Below, in pieces: positions 19,201-28,691 of a stretch of 64,000 nucleotides of DNA. The notes below the pieces were generated by a model. It had not been told where the DNA came from. It ran no database searches and saw nothing but the letters and a program-made list of their open reading frames with translations. A program made the translations under genes and the position numbers. Source of the stretch: a virus. The stretch is from positions 22,258-86,257 of the IMG/VR virus record IMGVR_UViG_3300043410_000542; one strand, 5' to 3'. Numbering within the stretch: position 1 is the first letter of the stretch; the number at the start of each line of letters is the position of its first letter.

Positions 19201-21990
19201 ACAATTCGTGTTACTACAGTAAACCCACACGGCATGACAATCGTGGGTGCAACAATCACGGTAACAAACGCATCTGCTACATCAAACGCACCTAATGGTA
19301 CATATGTAGTAAGCAACATCATCGATCCTAATAAGTTTGAATTTATTGCTGCGTTAACACCATCAAACACACCATCTGGCTCAATTACAATTAGTTCTTC
19401 TACTACTATCGTAATCAAGCCATTATTGTCAAGTACTGGTTCAGGGTCATTCGGCGGCACATTGAGCGTATCTGGTAACAGCAACGTAGGTAACGTCGGT
19501 ACTCAGCACGTAGTTGCGTCGGGTGACGTTTACGCTAACAGCGGTACATTGTACTCTAACGTTGCTAATGCAAACACTATTAATACAGGTAACTTAGCAA
19601 CTACAGGTAACTTGTATGCTAATACTGGTTTAATTAAGTCTGCAAACAGTACTATCACTGATACTCTATCAGCATTGCATGTTACCGGTACAGGTAACTT
19701 AGTCTTTACTAATGCGGCAGCAAACTTCACTGTAGCTGCGAATGCTAACATCGGTAACATTGCAAGTGTAATGCACATCAATGCGACTGGTGACTTCACA
19801 GCATTGAATGGTACAGTGAAGTCATTGAATGCTAACGTAACTGGCTTACACACTGCTGGCAACTTGAAGATTACAACTGATGCAAACATAGTAGGTAACA
19901 GTACGCACGGTAACATTGAATCGTTAGGTTTATTGAACGTTAGAGGTAATGCTAACATCGGTAACGTGGGTATACAACACATCGTTGCTACTGGTAATGC
20001 AAACATTTCCGGTGCAATCAAAGTTACTGGGCAAGCTAACGTAGGTAACTTGAGCTTCCCACCAACAGCAACTATAGCAATGTCAAGTGTAGGTTATTCA
20101 AGTACAACTATTACAGTTGGCACTTCTGCTCCACACGGTTTAGCAGTTGGTAACGAAATTATCTTAGCTGGTCTAACTGCAACCACGAATGCTCCTAACG
20201 GAATCTATTTGATTGCAACTGTCCCTAGCGACTCTACATTTACTATTACTGCAACAGTAGCTCCGACAGGCGCTATTGGTTTCGGCAGTGCTACATTGAC
20301 AGTACGTCCATTGATTACTTCACAAGGTTCTGGTATATTCAATGGTAGATTAGTAGTCGGTGGTGATGCTTCATTGGGTAACATCCCATCAGTAATGCAC
20401 ATCACTGCAACCGGTAACGTACAAGCTGCGTTTATGGCATCAGGCAATGCTAATATCAGTTCTAACTTAAGCGTACTTGGTACTGCTAACTTGAACAACG
20501 TCAACATGACTGGTGTATTAGGTACAACAGGTGGTGCTAACTTCGGTAGCGGTAATGCAGTGTTCTATGCCAACGGTGCAGCTAACTTGACCGGAAATAT
20601 CGGCGCACCTCATGTATTCGTTTCAGGCAACGTTGAAGCAGGTATATTGAAATCATCTGGTATCATGTTCGCTACTGGTAACGTAACAGGTGGCAACTTA
20701 GTAACCAACGGTGTACTAGATGTTAAAGGTGATGCTAGTGTTGGTAACATCACTACGAAAGATATCAATGGTACATTAGTAACTGTATCAGGTAACGTAT
20801 CGGGTGCTAACTTAGTTGCTAGCGGCGTATTGAAAGTTGCAGGTACTGCTAACGTAGGTAACTTGAACTTACCAAGTACATTAGTAGGTATCACAAGTGT
20901 ATCTTATTCAGGTACGACTATCACTGTTGTTACAGCGACAGCACATGGTGCATCAGTTGGTACAGAATTCACATTAACTGGTATTACAACATCAGGTGCT
21001 AATCCACCAAACATCAATGCAGGCGGTAACCCAGCATGGTTCACAGTTACAAGCGTAACTAACACAACAACATTCGTGTTCACGGCTGCTGTTGCACCGT
21101 CTGGTACATTGAATACTAGTGCAGGTTCATTGAACATTCGCCCATACTTAATCAGTACAGGTTCTGCTACATATGGTGGTAACTTAACTGCTACCGGTAA
21201 CGTTGTTGCTGGTGCATTTACTGGTGTAGGTTCTGGGTTAACTTCATTGAATGCTAGTGCGATTACGTCAGGTACTATCTCATCTAGCTTGATCCCTACA
21301 TTGAATCAAAGCACAACAGGTTATGCAGGTACCGTATCAGCATCAAATCAACCTAACATTACAGCAGTTGGTCAATTGCTATCATTGGCAGTTGGTGCAG
21401 CAGGTGGAGGTGCGAACGTTAACTTGTATGCTAACGGTGCAGCTAACTTCAGTGGTAACTTGAATGCATCGTACATCAGTGCTAACGGTTCATTGCTAAC
21501 ATCTATTAACGGTAGCAACGTAAGTAAAGTTGGTACTGCAGGCACTGCTGATATTGCAAACGATATTAAAGCAGGTTCATACACTAACATTACTGGTGTA
21601 GGTACATTGAACGCATTGAGCATGAGCGGTGCTATCACCGGTGTTACTAACATCACTGCTAGCGGCTTTGTAATGCACAGTGCAGGTACTGGTATTGCAG
21701 CTACAGGTACTACACAAGGTACTTCAACTCCGTTGACTAAACAGATTAACGTAGTTACAAGTTCAACTCCTGCAGTAAATGATGGTGTTATGTTACCGAC
21801 AGTTGCAGCTGGTATGACATGTATCATCATTAATACAGCAGTAGCGAACATCAAAGTATATCCACAATCATCAGGATATGTTGATGGTTTAGCAGTTAAC
21901 ACACCATTCGTATTAGGGCCAGGTGCAAGACTAATGTTCGTTGGAACAAGTTTGACACAATGGTACACAATGACAGCAGTTTATGGATAA
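16261..21990 (+). CDS. Giant Gly/Asn/Thr-rich virion fibre-like protein (1909 aa)
   Basis: Very many GN(I/V/L) beta-repeats; four interspersed 'T(V)xTxxPHG...PNG' modules; late promoter 16232-16239. Confidence 0.75.
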   Translation: MAQQIIDFGAFPNDPAADPIRAAFAKVQNNFTDLYSATLNTGVQSLQTGPGLTQNRTTGNVVISANISNITIQTGPGLFVGAGVAGTNSSATISSYNTPFVITLSPNVTTSNITASNISGTIRTGAQPYITSVGTLTSLSVTGGITASSFSGNVVGGQISGTITAPGSNTQILFNNRGNVGATSNLVYTGTTLTLTGALSVVGNITARNVDGGNLVSANYFQGTFLGPAANASTVSASSQPNITSVGVLTGLQVAGTLNAPSVQGNLLGNVTGNVIGNLVGTAANSVTVTASNQPNITALGNLVLLNVDGNANIGNISATYVTASLTADASNQPNIRKVGLLDGLQVSGTMEGGNITLTGNLVAPNMSVTTFSATSMSGNLVGNVQGNISGNVSGNVSGNISGNISGNISIPGQNTYVVFNDGGLANTHSGMSYNRTTALLSITGNVQGGNVTAAGIMFATVAANVGRVESASRTITLAPSNPITYSGTRVTVNTASPHGLSVGNEVTLSGITGPTLGSPTSEPNGSWAIDTVPSATSFTIVTASTYTGTFGGTQVLTALGTVSATGTIKGANLVTNGFLSVQGNANVGNIYATTHTGVAVSVSGNVSGANLVASGLLNVVGTSNLSGGANINGTIVNNGNITTPNVNVTTKLTTLDLSARGNLDGANISTGGILSVTGNASTGNLATGIIVATGNITGGAGTNISIGGNFVTTSGVQGATLRSTGGANVGGTANVGSLETPGTITATGNINANAATVNAANLVATNSMTAGNLVTPGTLAVTGNANVGNLGATTMTGVTLIASGNVSGANLVASGLLSVTGNANAGNVGTQHIVATGDITASSGTLTSNVANANLINAGNVQSGNIYANSGLIRALNHTVTGQATLLHVAASGTASFTGATFSVSGTATLGEVPTVGNITSQANVQAANLVATNTLTGGNLTTPGQLSVAGTANVSHMTLPTVTLTGTGSITSIAYSSTTIRVTTVNPHGMTIVGATITVTNASATSNAPNGTYVVSNIIDPNKFEFIAALTPSNTPSGSITISSSTTIVIKPLLSSTGSGSFGGTLSVSGNSNVGNVGTQHVVASGDVYANSGTLYSNVANANTINTGNLATTGNLYANTGLIKSANSTITDTLSALHVTGTGNLVFTNAAANFTVAANANIGNIASVMHINATGDFTALNGTVKSLNANVTGLHTAGNLKITTDANIVGNSTHGNIESLGLLNVRGNANIGNVGIQHIVATGNANISGAIKVTGQANVGNLSFPPTATIAMSSVGYSSTTITVGTSAPHGLAVGNEIILAGLTATTNAPNGIYLIATVPSDSTFTITATVAPTGAIGFGSATLTVRPLITSQGSGIFNGRLVVGGDASLGNIPSVMHITATGNVQAAFMASGNANISSNLSVLGTANLNNVNMTGVLGTTGGANFGSGNAVFYANGAANLTGNIGAPHVFVSGNVEAGILKSSGIMFATGNVTGGNLVTNGVLDVKGDASVGNITTKDINGTLVTVSGNVSGANLVASGVLKVAGTANVGNLNLPSTLVGITSVSYSGTTITVVTATAHGASVGTEFTLTGITTSGANPPNINAGGNPAWFTVTSVTNTTTFVFTAAVAPSGTLNTSAGSLNIRPYLISTGSATYGGNLTATGNVVAGAFTGVGSGLTSLNASAITSGTISSSLIPTLNQSTTGYAGTVSASNQPNITAVGQLLSLAVGAAGGGANVNLYANGAANFSGNLNASYISANGSLLTSINGSNVSKVGTAGTADIANDIKAGSYTNITGVGTLNALSMSGAITGVTNITASGFVMHSAGTGIAATGTTQGTSTPLTKQINVVTSSTPAVNDGVMLPTVAAGMTCIIINTAVANIKVYPQSSGYVDGLAVNTPFVLGPGARLMFVGTSLTQWYTMTAVYG

Positions 21991-22002
21991 TAAGGAAATA
22001 TT

Positions 22003-22626
22003 ATGATTACAGTAGATTTATTACAGGCACTATGCCCAAAGACAAAGCGTTCAGTTTTAGAATTGTACGCACAACCTCTACACGAAGTTGCAACATACTA
22101 CGATATGTATGATAATATGCATCGTGCGGCCGCATTCGTTGCTCAGACAGCACACGAATCAGGTGGCTTTAATTTTGTTAAAGAAAACTTGAACTACAGT
22201 GCTAAAGGTTTGATGGGTACTTTCAAAAAGTACTTCCCTAACGAAGCAATTGCTAAAGAGTATGAGCGTAAACCAGAGAAGATTGCTAACAGAGTTTATG
22301 CTAATCGTATGTCTAATGGCGATGAAGCATCAGGTGATGGCTACAAGTTCTGTGGTCGTGGTTTGATTCAATTGACTGGTCGTGCTAACTATACAAAGTT
22401 TGCAGAAGACTTGGGTATCAGCTTAGATGAAACAGTAGCATACCTAGAAACACCAGAAGGTGCTGTAAGTTCAGCTGGTTGGTTCTGGGACAATAACAAC
22501 TTGAACAGCTATTGCGACAAAGACGATTTTGTTACATTGACAAAACGTATCAACGGCGGTACTATTGGATTAGAAGATAGACAACATCATTATCACATTG
22601 CACTAGACTTGTTACAAGGTCATTAA
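22003..22626 (+). CDS. Glycoside hydrolase family 19 endolysin
   Basis: AFVAQTAHESGGF, ENLNYS, GRGLIQLTGRANY, SAGWFW, TKRINGGTIGLEDR. Confidence 0.92.
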   Translation: MITVDLLQALCPKTKRSVLELYAQPLHEVATYYDMYDNMHRAAAFVAQTAHESGGFNFVKENLNYSAKGLMGTFKKYFPNEAIAKEYERKPEKIANRVYANRMSNGDEASGDGYKFCGRGLIQLTGRANYTKFAEDLGISLDETVAYLETPEGAVSSAGWFWDNNNLNSYCDKDDFVTLTKRINGGTIGLEDRQHHYHIALDLLQGH

Positions 22627-22627
22627 T

Positions 22628-24787
22628 ATGTCACAACCAGTATGGAAAACGCAAGCAGGTAGCTTAGGAACATACCCTACAGGAATCCCGATATCTATTC
22701 AATTAGCAGCGACTCCTGAAATACCTGCGACAATGGTATCATATACGTTGTTGAGTGGTAACTTACCAGCTGGTGCATTGACCTTAAGTTATTCAGGATT
22801 GTTGTCGGGAACTCCTGACAATATTTCAACTGAAGAAACATCTACGTTTACAATACGTGCCAAAGATGATTTGAACAACATAAGAGACAGAACATTTTCG
22901 TTGACTGTATCAGGATCTAATCGTCCTACGTTTACAGTTCCACCTGGTGAACTGTTGCACATACAAGACAGTGTTTATGTAGAGTATCATCTAAGTTATT
23001 CTAATCCTATCAGTGACAATGAAGTTACTGTATCAGTATCATCTGGTAGTTTGCCACCTGGTCTGTATATGGATCCTAAGGGTATCATTAAGGGATATCC
23101 TGAGATTCCCGTAATGGCTGATAGAAGCCCTACAACTACAGTGTCTACATTCTCAGTGCAATTGAGAAGTGCGCTGGGCGATGATTTGACTGTATATTCA
23201 ATAACCATTATGAATCAGCAATTACGCAATCCACCTAATACACGATTGCCTGTAATTCTAAATAAGAAACCATTGAGCGAGCCTATTGCTAATGATGACT
23301 TGAACTACGATTTTTATTTGTTGAACAATAAACAGATTCCCACTATTCGTGCGAATGAAAACTTCTCATTCAAAATCATAGGTCATGACTTTGACCGAAA
23401 TGAACTTCAGTATCATTACGGTGATTTGCCACCTGGACTAGTCGGAGATCCTAGCACAGGCTGGATAACAGGTGCACCTGTTCTTCCTGATTTCTCCATT
23501 AAGAGATACGATGTTACTGTCAGCGTAGCTAAGAAATTTGCTTTGGGTATTACCAGTCGCCCTGAAACATTCACCATACTTGTAACTAATCAAGTACCAG
23601 AAGATATTGTATGGGTAACTAAACCTGACTTGGGTACTATCTTTAATGGCACTGTCAGTACCATGACACTAGAAGCAACTTCTACGTTGGATTTGGTTTA
23701 TAGAATAACAGATGGATCATTGCCACCTAACTTAGTATTATTAGATACAGGTGAGATAGTAGGTCGTGTAGCAGAACAACCAACCGAGTATATCTTGCCA
23801 GAAGGTGCAGATACATTATACACATTTACAGTAGAAGCGTTGAACCCAAACAATCCTGCATTGTCTAAGTTTCAAACATTTACTCTCGTTGTAAATCAGT
23901 ATTACCCTGAACCTTTAGAGAACGTATATTTTAAGGCAGCATCGTCAATCAAAGAGAAAAGAACAATTCATAGTTTGTTGACAAATGAAGCTATCATCCC
24001 TACTGAGATGTTATACAGACCACGAGATCCGTATTACGGTAAGGCAACAGATGTTAGAATCATTCAAGCATATGGCATGAAAGCTAGCACTGTAAATGAT
24101 TACGTCAATGCTGTAAGAGAGAACCACTATCAACGAACAATCGTATTGGGCGAGATACAAACCGCAGTTGCTACAGACGCACACGGCAATGTAATCTACG
24201 AAGTTGTCTACAGTAAAGTTATGGATGACTTAGTAAATGAAAAAGACGTTAGTGTATCAAAAACTTTGATATGGCCTAGACCTATCAATTTACGTTTAGG
24301 TCCATGGACTATCAATAATTCTTCAATCAAACCTAAAGAAATGAGGACGTTGCATACTAACTTAAGTCCTGGCAATATCAGTTCTTTGAACACCGGTAGT
24401 TTGGAGAATATGCGTAAAGAGCTAACAGATAATATAAGCCAAAACGTAGATAGTCGCTTGTTGCCACAATGGATGGTAACACAACAAACAGATAGCACAA
24501 CATTGGGCTTCACATTAGCATGGGTAATCTGCTACACAAAGCCAGGAATGTCTGCCACTATCAAAAACAACATTGAGACATTGTGGGGTCACAAACTCAA
24601 TGAAATCGACTTTACAATAGATAGATATGTAGTCGATAAGAGTGCAACCTATAATTGGAACACAAATCTTGCTGTTCCTACATGGAACTCATTACCTAGC
24701 GGAGTTCCGGTGCCCGATCCATTCGATTCTAATGACATTGTAGTTCTATTCCCTAGAAAAACAATTTTGCCTAAAGAAATCGAATAA
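22628..24787 (+). CDS. Virion (baseplate-type) protein with putative Ig-like repeats
   Basis: Repeated SGxLPPGL...G.I.G.P motifs typical of putative Ig domains. Confidence 0.7.
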   Translation: MSQPVWKTQAGSLGTYPTGIPISIQLAATPEIPATMVSYTLLSGNLPAGALTLSYSGLLSGTPDNISTEETSTFTIRAKDDLNNIRDRTFSLTVSGSNRPTFTVPPGELLHIQDSVYVEYHLSYSNPISDNEVTVSVSSGSLPPGLYMDPKGIIKGYPEIPVMADRSPTTTVSTFSVQLRSALGDDLTVYSITIMNQQLRNPPNTRLPVILNKKPLSEPIANDDLNYDFYLLNNKQIPTIRANENFSFKIIGHDFDRNELQYHYGDLPPGLVGDPSTGWITGAPVLPDFSIKRYDVTVSVAKKFALGITSRPETFTILVTNQVPEDIVWVTKPDLGTIFNGTVSTMTLEATSTLDLVYRITDGSLPPNLVLLDTGEIVGRVAEQPTEYILPEGADTLYTFTVEALNPNNPALSKFQTFTLVVNQYYPEPLENVYFKAASSIKEKRTIHSLLTNEAIIPTEMLYRPRDPYYGKATDVRIIQAYGMKASTVNDYVNAVRENHYQRTIVLGEIQTAVATDAHGNVIYEVVYSKVMDDLVNEKDVSVSKTLIWPRPINLRLGPWTINNSSIKPKEMRTLHTNLSPGNISSLNTGSLENMRKELTDNISQNVDSRLLPQWMVTQQTDSTTLGFTLAWVICYTKPGMSATIKNNIETLWGHKLNEIDFTIDRYVVDKSATYNWNTNLAVPTWNSLPSGVPVPDPFDSNDIVVLFPRKTILPKEIE

Positions 24788-24810
24788 TAAATACATCACG
24801 GAACAACAAT

Positions 24811-25617
24811 ATGAGCGCAATCAACACTAACAGCATTAATGTAAATTATCCAACTCCCGGAGTCAACAACAGTACTCAGGGTTTCAGAGATAACTTTGCT
24901 GGAATCAAAAATAACTTAGATACTATCAAGACTGAGATTACTGATATCCAAAGCAAAGCAGTAGTTAAAACAGGTTTAAACGGAGTAACGTTGAACAATG
25001 ACATGGCTAACACATTGATTAGCAATGCATTAGTACGTTCATTCAGAGCATCGACTTACCCATTGGGTAATGACTTGCAAGGAACTGTCATTGTTGACGT
25101 ATCTAAAGGTGATGTGCAGTATGGTACTATTGTTGCTGATACTACAATCAACTTTGGTGGATGGGCACCCACTAACACACAAAGTAATGTTCAATTGAAT
25201 TTGACAATTGCAAACTCTGCGGCAATAATCCACTTCCCTGATAGCAATTATCAAAACCAAGTATTAGTATCTGGTATGACTAAGACTGCGTTCGTGCTAG
25301 AAAACTACGAATCTGAATCTACAATCAGCGGTGCTAACGAAACATTGACAAATCAAGTCGCTATCCCTGTTGGAGTGACAGAACTACAATACACATTCAG
25401 TACAACAGATTGCGGAACAACAATTGACATTTACCCACTAAACAGAAGTCAATCTGCAAGTAGAGTTACACTTAGATCACCTTCAGCAGTGGGACTTCCA
25501 GGTGACCAAGCTGGCGCCATATGTGTTGCTGACAACTTGCTATATGTATGTGTTGGTACATATGATGGTAGCACACCTATCTGGGGCTACACTCCTCTAT
25601 ACGCAGTAGGTAGTTAA
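24811..25617 (+). CDS. Putative structural protein
   Basis: Late promoter; NSTQGFRDNF coiled segment; C-terminal GxPGDxAG..DNLLYVCV fibre-type motif. Confidence 0.6.
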   Translation: MSAINTNSINVNYPTPGVNNSTQGFRDNFAGIKNNLDTIKTEITDIQSKAVVKTGLNGVTLNNDMANTLISNALVRSFRASTYPLGNDLQGTVIVDVSKGDVQYGTIVADTTINFGGWAPTNTQSNVQLNLTIANSAAIIHFPDSNYQNQVLVSGMTKTAFVLENYESESTISGANETLTNQVAIPVGVTELQYTFSTTDCGTTIDIYPLNRSQSASRVTLRSPSAVGLPGDQAGAICVADNLLYVCVGTYDGSTPIWGYTPLYAVGS

Positions 25618-25618
25618 T

Positions 25619-25852
25619 ATGTCACATCCCTTCATGCCTGATATATCTGGTAAGTCGATGGAAGAAATTCAGAATTCGATACAAGACCTAACGAGCAAAC
25701 TCACATTCGCATATAGAATGGGCAAGCCTATGATGGTCAATCAGATTCAGATGGTACTTGAAGGGTACAAGACTGAATACGCAAAGAAAATGGATGAGCT
25801 TTACAAGAAGCAAAACATCCAAAATAAAATTAGCATCAATAATTCCAAATAA
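25619..25852 (+). CDS. Hypothetical protein
   Basis: Coupled ORF, helical. Confidence 0.7.
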   Translation: MSHPFMPDISGKSMEEIQNSIQDLTSKLTFAYRMGKPMMVNQIQMVLEGYKTEYAKKMDELYKKQNIQNKISINNSK

Positions 25853-25865
25853 GGGCAAATCGCTC

Positions 25866-25893
25866 TTGCTTTTTGTTAAGTCTATGTTATAAT
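25866..25893 (+). promoter_or_regulatory. sigma70-type promoter with extended -10
   Basis: TTGCTT-16 bp-TATAAT with TG at 25885-25886; ATG only 5 nt downstream. Confidence 0.65.
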
Positions 25894-25898
25894 AGGCT

Positions 25899-26405
25899 AT
25901 GCGTAATGACAAATACAGCCAGCAAATTTTAGACGAGAACGACCTAATCAGTGCGTACTTGACTGATCCAGGTAGAGATTTACATGATGCATTTGTTTCG
26001 GATGAAATCAAATTCGATGACATCCTAGAAGTACAAAACAAACCCAAACTAATTCAATACATAGACCCGAAACTCTCTGTAGCAGAATTTGACAAGCAGA
26101 AACAATCTAACTGGTTTATGCCGGACGAGTACAAGCAATTTGACATTGCTAAGTGGGTTCTAGACCAATGCAAAACAGATGTAGAGTTACAACGAGTTGG
26201 AGACGAACTAATCAAATTCCAAGAACGTGACTTGTTTCCATTACTACAGTACACAAAATACCTAGTTGATACAATGCGTAAGCATAATGTACTTTGGGGA
26301 GTAGGTCGTGGTAGTAGCGTAGCCAGTTATGTATTGTTTTTGATAGGGGTACACCGTATAAATAGTTTGCATTTTGACTTGTCTATAGACGAGTTCTTAA
26401 AATAA
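25899..26405 (+). CDS. dnaE: Stand-alone fragment of DNA polymerase III alpha (DnaE-like)
   Basis: RVGDEL...LVDTMRKHNVLWGVGRGSSVASYVLFLIGVHRIN...L.IDEFL matches the DnaE GxGRGS region; only 168 aa. Confidence 0.8.
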   Translation: MRNDKYSQQILDENDLISAYLTDPGRDLHDAFVSDEIKFDDILEVQNKPKLIQYIDPKLSVAEFDKQKQSNWFMPDEYKQFDIAKWVLDQCKTDVELQRVGDELIKFQERDLFPLLQYTKYLVDTMRKHNVLWGVGRGSSVASYVLFLIGVHRINSLHFDLSIDEFLK

Positions 26406-26415
26406 GGAGAATAAA

Positions 26416-26763
26416 ATGGCAATACACAGATCCGCAATGGGAAAGACAGTTGATATGGCTTCCCTGTCAGGAAGAAATGAAAAAGTAAGAGCAGTCGGCA
26501 ATATGAACGTCAATGCCCGTGGTGATGTATTAGACAGTCACAATCGTGTGATTCAGGATAACACACAACGAGTTCAAGCATCTTACCGAAATACAGTGTC
26601 AGAGACACCGGCGCACTTGACACCTAGTAGACCTACAAGTACAATTCAAGAAGATACTGTTGTCCAAGAAGTACCAGTTGAACTACCAGTTGAAGAACCG
26701 GTTGAATTGACAGCAGAAGAACAAGAATTGTTTGACGACACTGACGAGGAAGAAACTAAGTGA
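26416..26763 (+). CDS. Hypothetical protein
   Basis: AAGGAG RBS; AVGNMNVNARGD motif; acidic tail. Confidence 0.75.
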   Translation: MAIHRSAMGKTVDMASLSGRNEKVRAVGNMNVNARGDVLDSHNRVIQDNTQRVQASYRNTVSETPAHLTPSRPTSTIQEDTVVQEVPVELPVEEPVELTAEEQELFDDTDEEETK

Positions 26764-27140
26764 CCGATGAAAAGAAATTAGCATTTGAACCACACAAGTT
26801 CAATAAAAGCCAATTTAAAGCAATCAGTGACCACGTGATTGTGTGCGATATGAACTTTGAAGAACGTATCACACACAGTGGCATTGTGCTACCCAATGAC
26901 GATATGAAGTCTGCGGGTATTCGCCCAAGATGGGCAAGGATTTATGCTGTTGGCCCTGACCAGAAAGATCCTGAACTAGTTGTAGGTAAATGGATTTGGA
27001 TTAGTCACGGACGATGGACACGCGGTGTTAATATCGAAGACGAAGAGGGTAAAAAGACCATACGCAGAGTAGATAATAATGATATACTACTTGCATCAGA
27101 TGAACCAGTATACGACATGACATGGAGTGATAAGATATAA
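26760..27140 (+). CDS. groES: GroES/Cpn10-like co-chaperonin
   Basis: AISDHVIV, ERITHSGIVLP mobile loop, IYAVGP, DILL; GTG start. Confidence 0.8.
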   Translation: MTDEKKLAFEPHKFNKSQFKAISDHVIVCDMNFEERITHSGIVLPNDDMKSAGIRPRWARIYAVGPDQKDPELVVGKWIWISHGRWTRGVNIEDEEGKKTIRRVDNNDILLASDEPVYDMTWSDKI

Positions 27141-27493
27141 TGAAATGGTTTTTTAATTGGCTCTATAAGGGTCTTAAGAATGTAGAATCGGATGAGGAAG
27201 AAAGACGGGCAGATAGAGACAGTCCGCTTATTCCCCGTGTTCGTGCAGCTAGGTCACCTGGACTAAAGATTAATATGGCTGTGGGAACATCCACTCCTGA
27301 AGGTCATGTTCACCTTAATCAACAACCTCTACACTTTAAGATTTACCCAGCAACGGGCGGACACATCGTAGAATACACATTCTACAATGAAAAAAGAGAT
27401 AACAATGACCAAGCACTTCACTTGATACCCAGTGAGCTTGACTTAGGCACAGAACTTGCTAAAATTATGACTTTAGAGGCATTGAAGCGATGA
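27140..27493 (+). CDS. Hypothetical protein
   Basis: Coupled ORF. Confidence 0.75.
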   Translation: MKWFFNWLYKGLKNVESDEEERRADRDSPLIPRVRAARSPGLKINMAVGTSTPEGHVHLNQQPLHFKIYPATGGHIVEYTFYNEKRDNNDQALHLIPSELDLGTELAKIMTLEALKR

Positions 27494-28413
27494 ACAATCA
27501 ATTATGGGTAGAAAAGTATCGTCCACAATCTGTTGAAGATTATGTGTTTGTGGATGAGCGTCAAAAGCAACAAGTTACTGGTTGGATTGAGAATGAATCA
27601 ATCCCGCATCTATTGCTTTCAGGTGAACCGGGTACAGGTAAAACAACACTAGCAAAAGTGTTGATGAAAGAACTAGGTGTAGAAGAATTCGATATCTTGG
27701 AAATCAACGCATCACGTGAAAATAGTGTTGACGTTGTTCGTAACAAGATTGTTGGCTTTGTTCAAACTATGCCATTCGGTAAGTTCAAAGTTGTTTTGCT
27801 AGACGAAGCAGATTATTTGACTCCAGCTGGGCAGGCTGCTTTGCGTAATGATATGGAAGCATATCACATGACTGCACGTTTCATTCTAACTTGTAACTAT
27901 GAGCATAGAATTATCCCTGCACTTAAGAGCAGATGCCATGAATTCCGTATCACTAAGACTGATAAGACAGAATTTACAGCAAGAGCCGCAACAGTTTTAG
28001 TATCAGAGCAAGTTGAGTTTGATTTAGACGTGTTGGATAGCTATGTAGATGCTACATATCCAGACTTGCGTAAGTGTTTGAATCAGCTACAAGTAAATAG
28101 TAGCACAGGTAAGTTGTTGCCACCAGTCGATTCAGGTAACGGCGAAGATGAATTGTTGTTCCAAGCAACTGAGTTGTTTAAGAATGGTAAAATCTTAGAA
28201 GGTCGTCAACAACTATTGCAATATCTAGGAATGTATCCTACACGTTTAGAAGATATCTATCGTTGGATGTACAACAACTTAGATTTGTGGGGAGATTCTA
28301 ATGAGAAGCGTGATGCTAGCATCATTATCATTAGAAATGGTCTAGCCAACTTGAGTCTCGTGGGTATTCCCGAGATTAGCTTGGCAGCAACATTAGTAGA
28401 ATTAACGGGTTAA
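27490..28413 (+). CDS. Clamp loader AAA+ subunit (T4 gp44 / RFC-like)
   Basis: LWVEKYRP, GEPGTGKTT, INAS, LLDEADYL, LKSRC. Confidence 0.93.
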   Translation: MNNQLWVEKYRPQSVEDYVFVDERQKQQVTGWIENESIPHLLLSGEPGTGKTTLAKVLMKELGVEEFDILEINASRENSVDVVRNKIVGFVQTMPFGKFKVVLLDEADYLTPAGQAALRNDMEAYHMTARFILTCNYEHRIIPALKSRCHEFRITKTDKTEFTARAATVLVSEQVEFDLDVLDSYVDATYPDLRKCLNQLQVNSSTGKLLPPVDSGNGEDELLFQATELFKNGKILEGRQQLLQYLGMYPTRLEDIYRWMYNNLDLWGDSNEKRDASIIIIRNGLANLSLVGIPEISLAATLVELTG

Positions 28414-28414
28414 T

Positions 28415-28666
28415 ATGAGATATCTAGTAGTTACATACGTAAAGAAACCAGACGGTAAAATTGACGAACAAGTTGAGATTACGAAGAATTTAAAAGAGCG
28501 TGACCTAACAATGTCAAACATCATTTTGGATTTCAAAGAAAAGAAAGTTCAAAAGAGTACAGTGAATGGTCAGCAAATTAATACAAGCTGGGATGTGTTA
28601 GTAGAACACTATCGCAAAATCTATCCAGACTATATTGCAGAATTAGAAAAACTGCAAGACGAATAA
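28415..28666 (+). CDS. Hypothetical protein
   Basis: Coupled ORF before a terminator. Confidence 0.75.
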   Translation: MRYLVVTYVKKPDGKIDEQVEITKNLKERDLTMSNIILDFKEKKVQKSTVNGQQINTSWDVLVEHYRKIYPDYIAELEKLQDE

Positions 28667-28690
28667 AAAGGGGCGTTAAGCCCCTTTTTT
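28665..28690. terminator. Bidirectional Rho-independent terminator
   Basis: AAAAAGGGGC-GTTAA-GCCCCTTTTTT between convergent genes. Confidence 0.88.
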
Positions 28691-28691
28691 A

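Noticed and set aside
16644-21968. Many long minus-strand ORFs inside the 1909-aa gene, also inside sheath, clpA and collagen genes
   Set aside because: Antisense shadows of biased codon usage; no RBS or promoter, and Pro/Leu/Val-rich mirror composition.
16261-21990. Abundant N-x-S/T sequons as evidence of N-glycosylation
   Set aside because: Explained by Asn/Thr-rich beta-repeat composition; no oligosaccharyltransferase seen.
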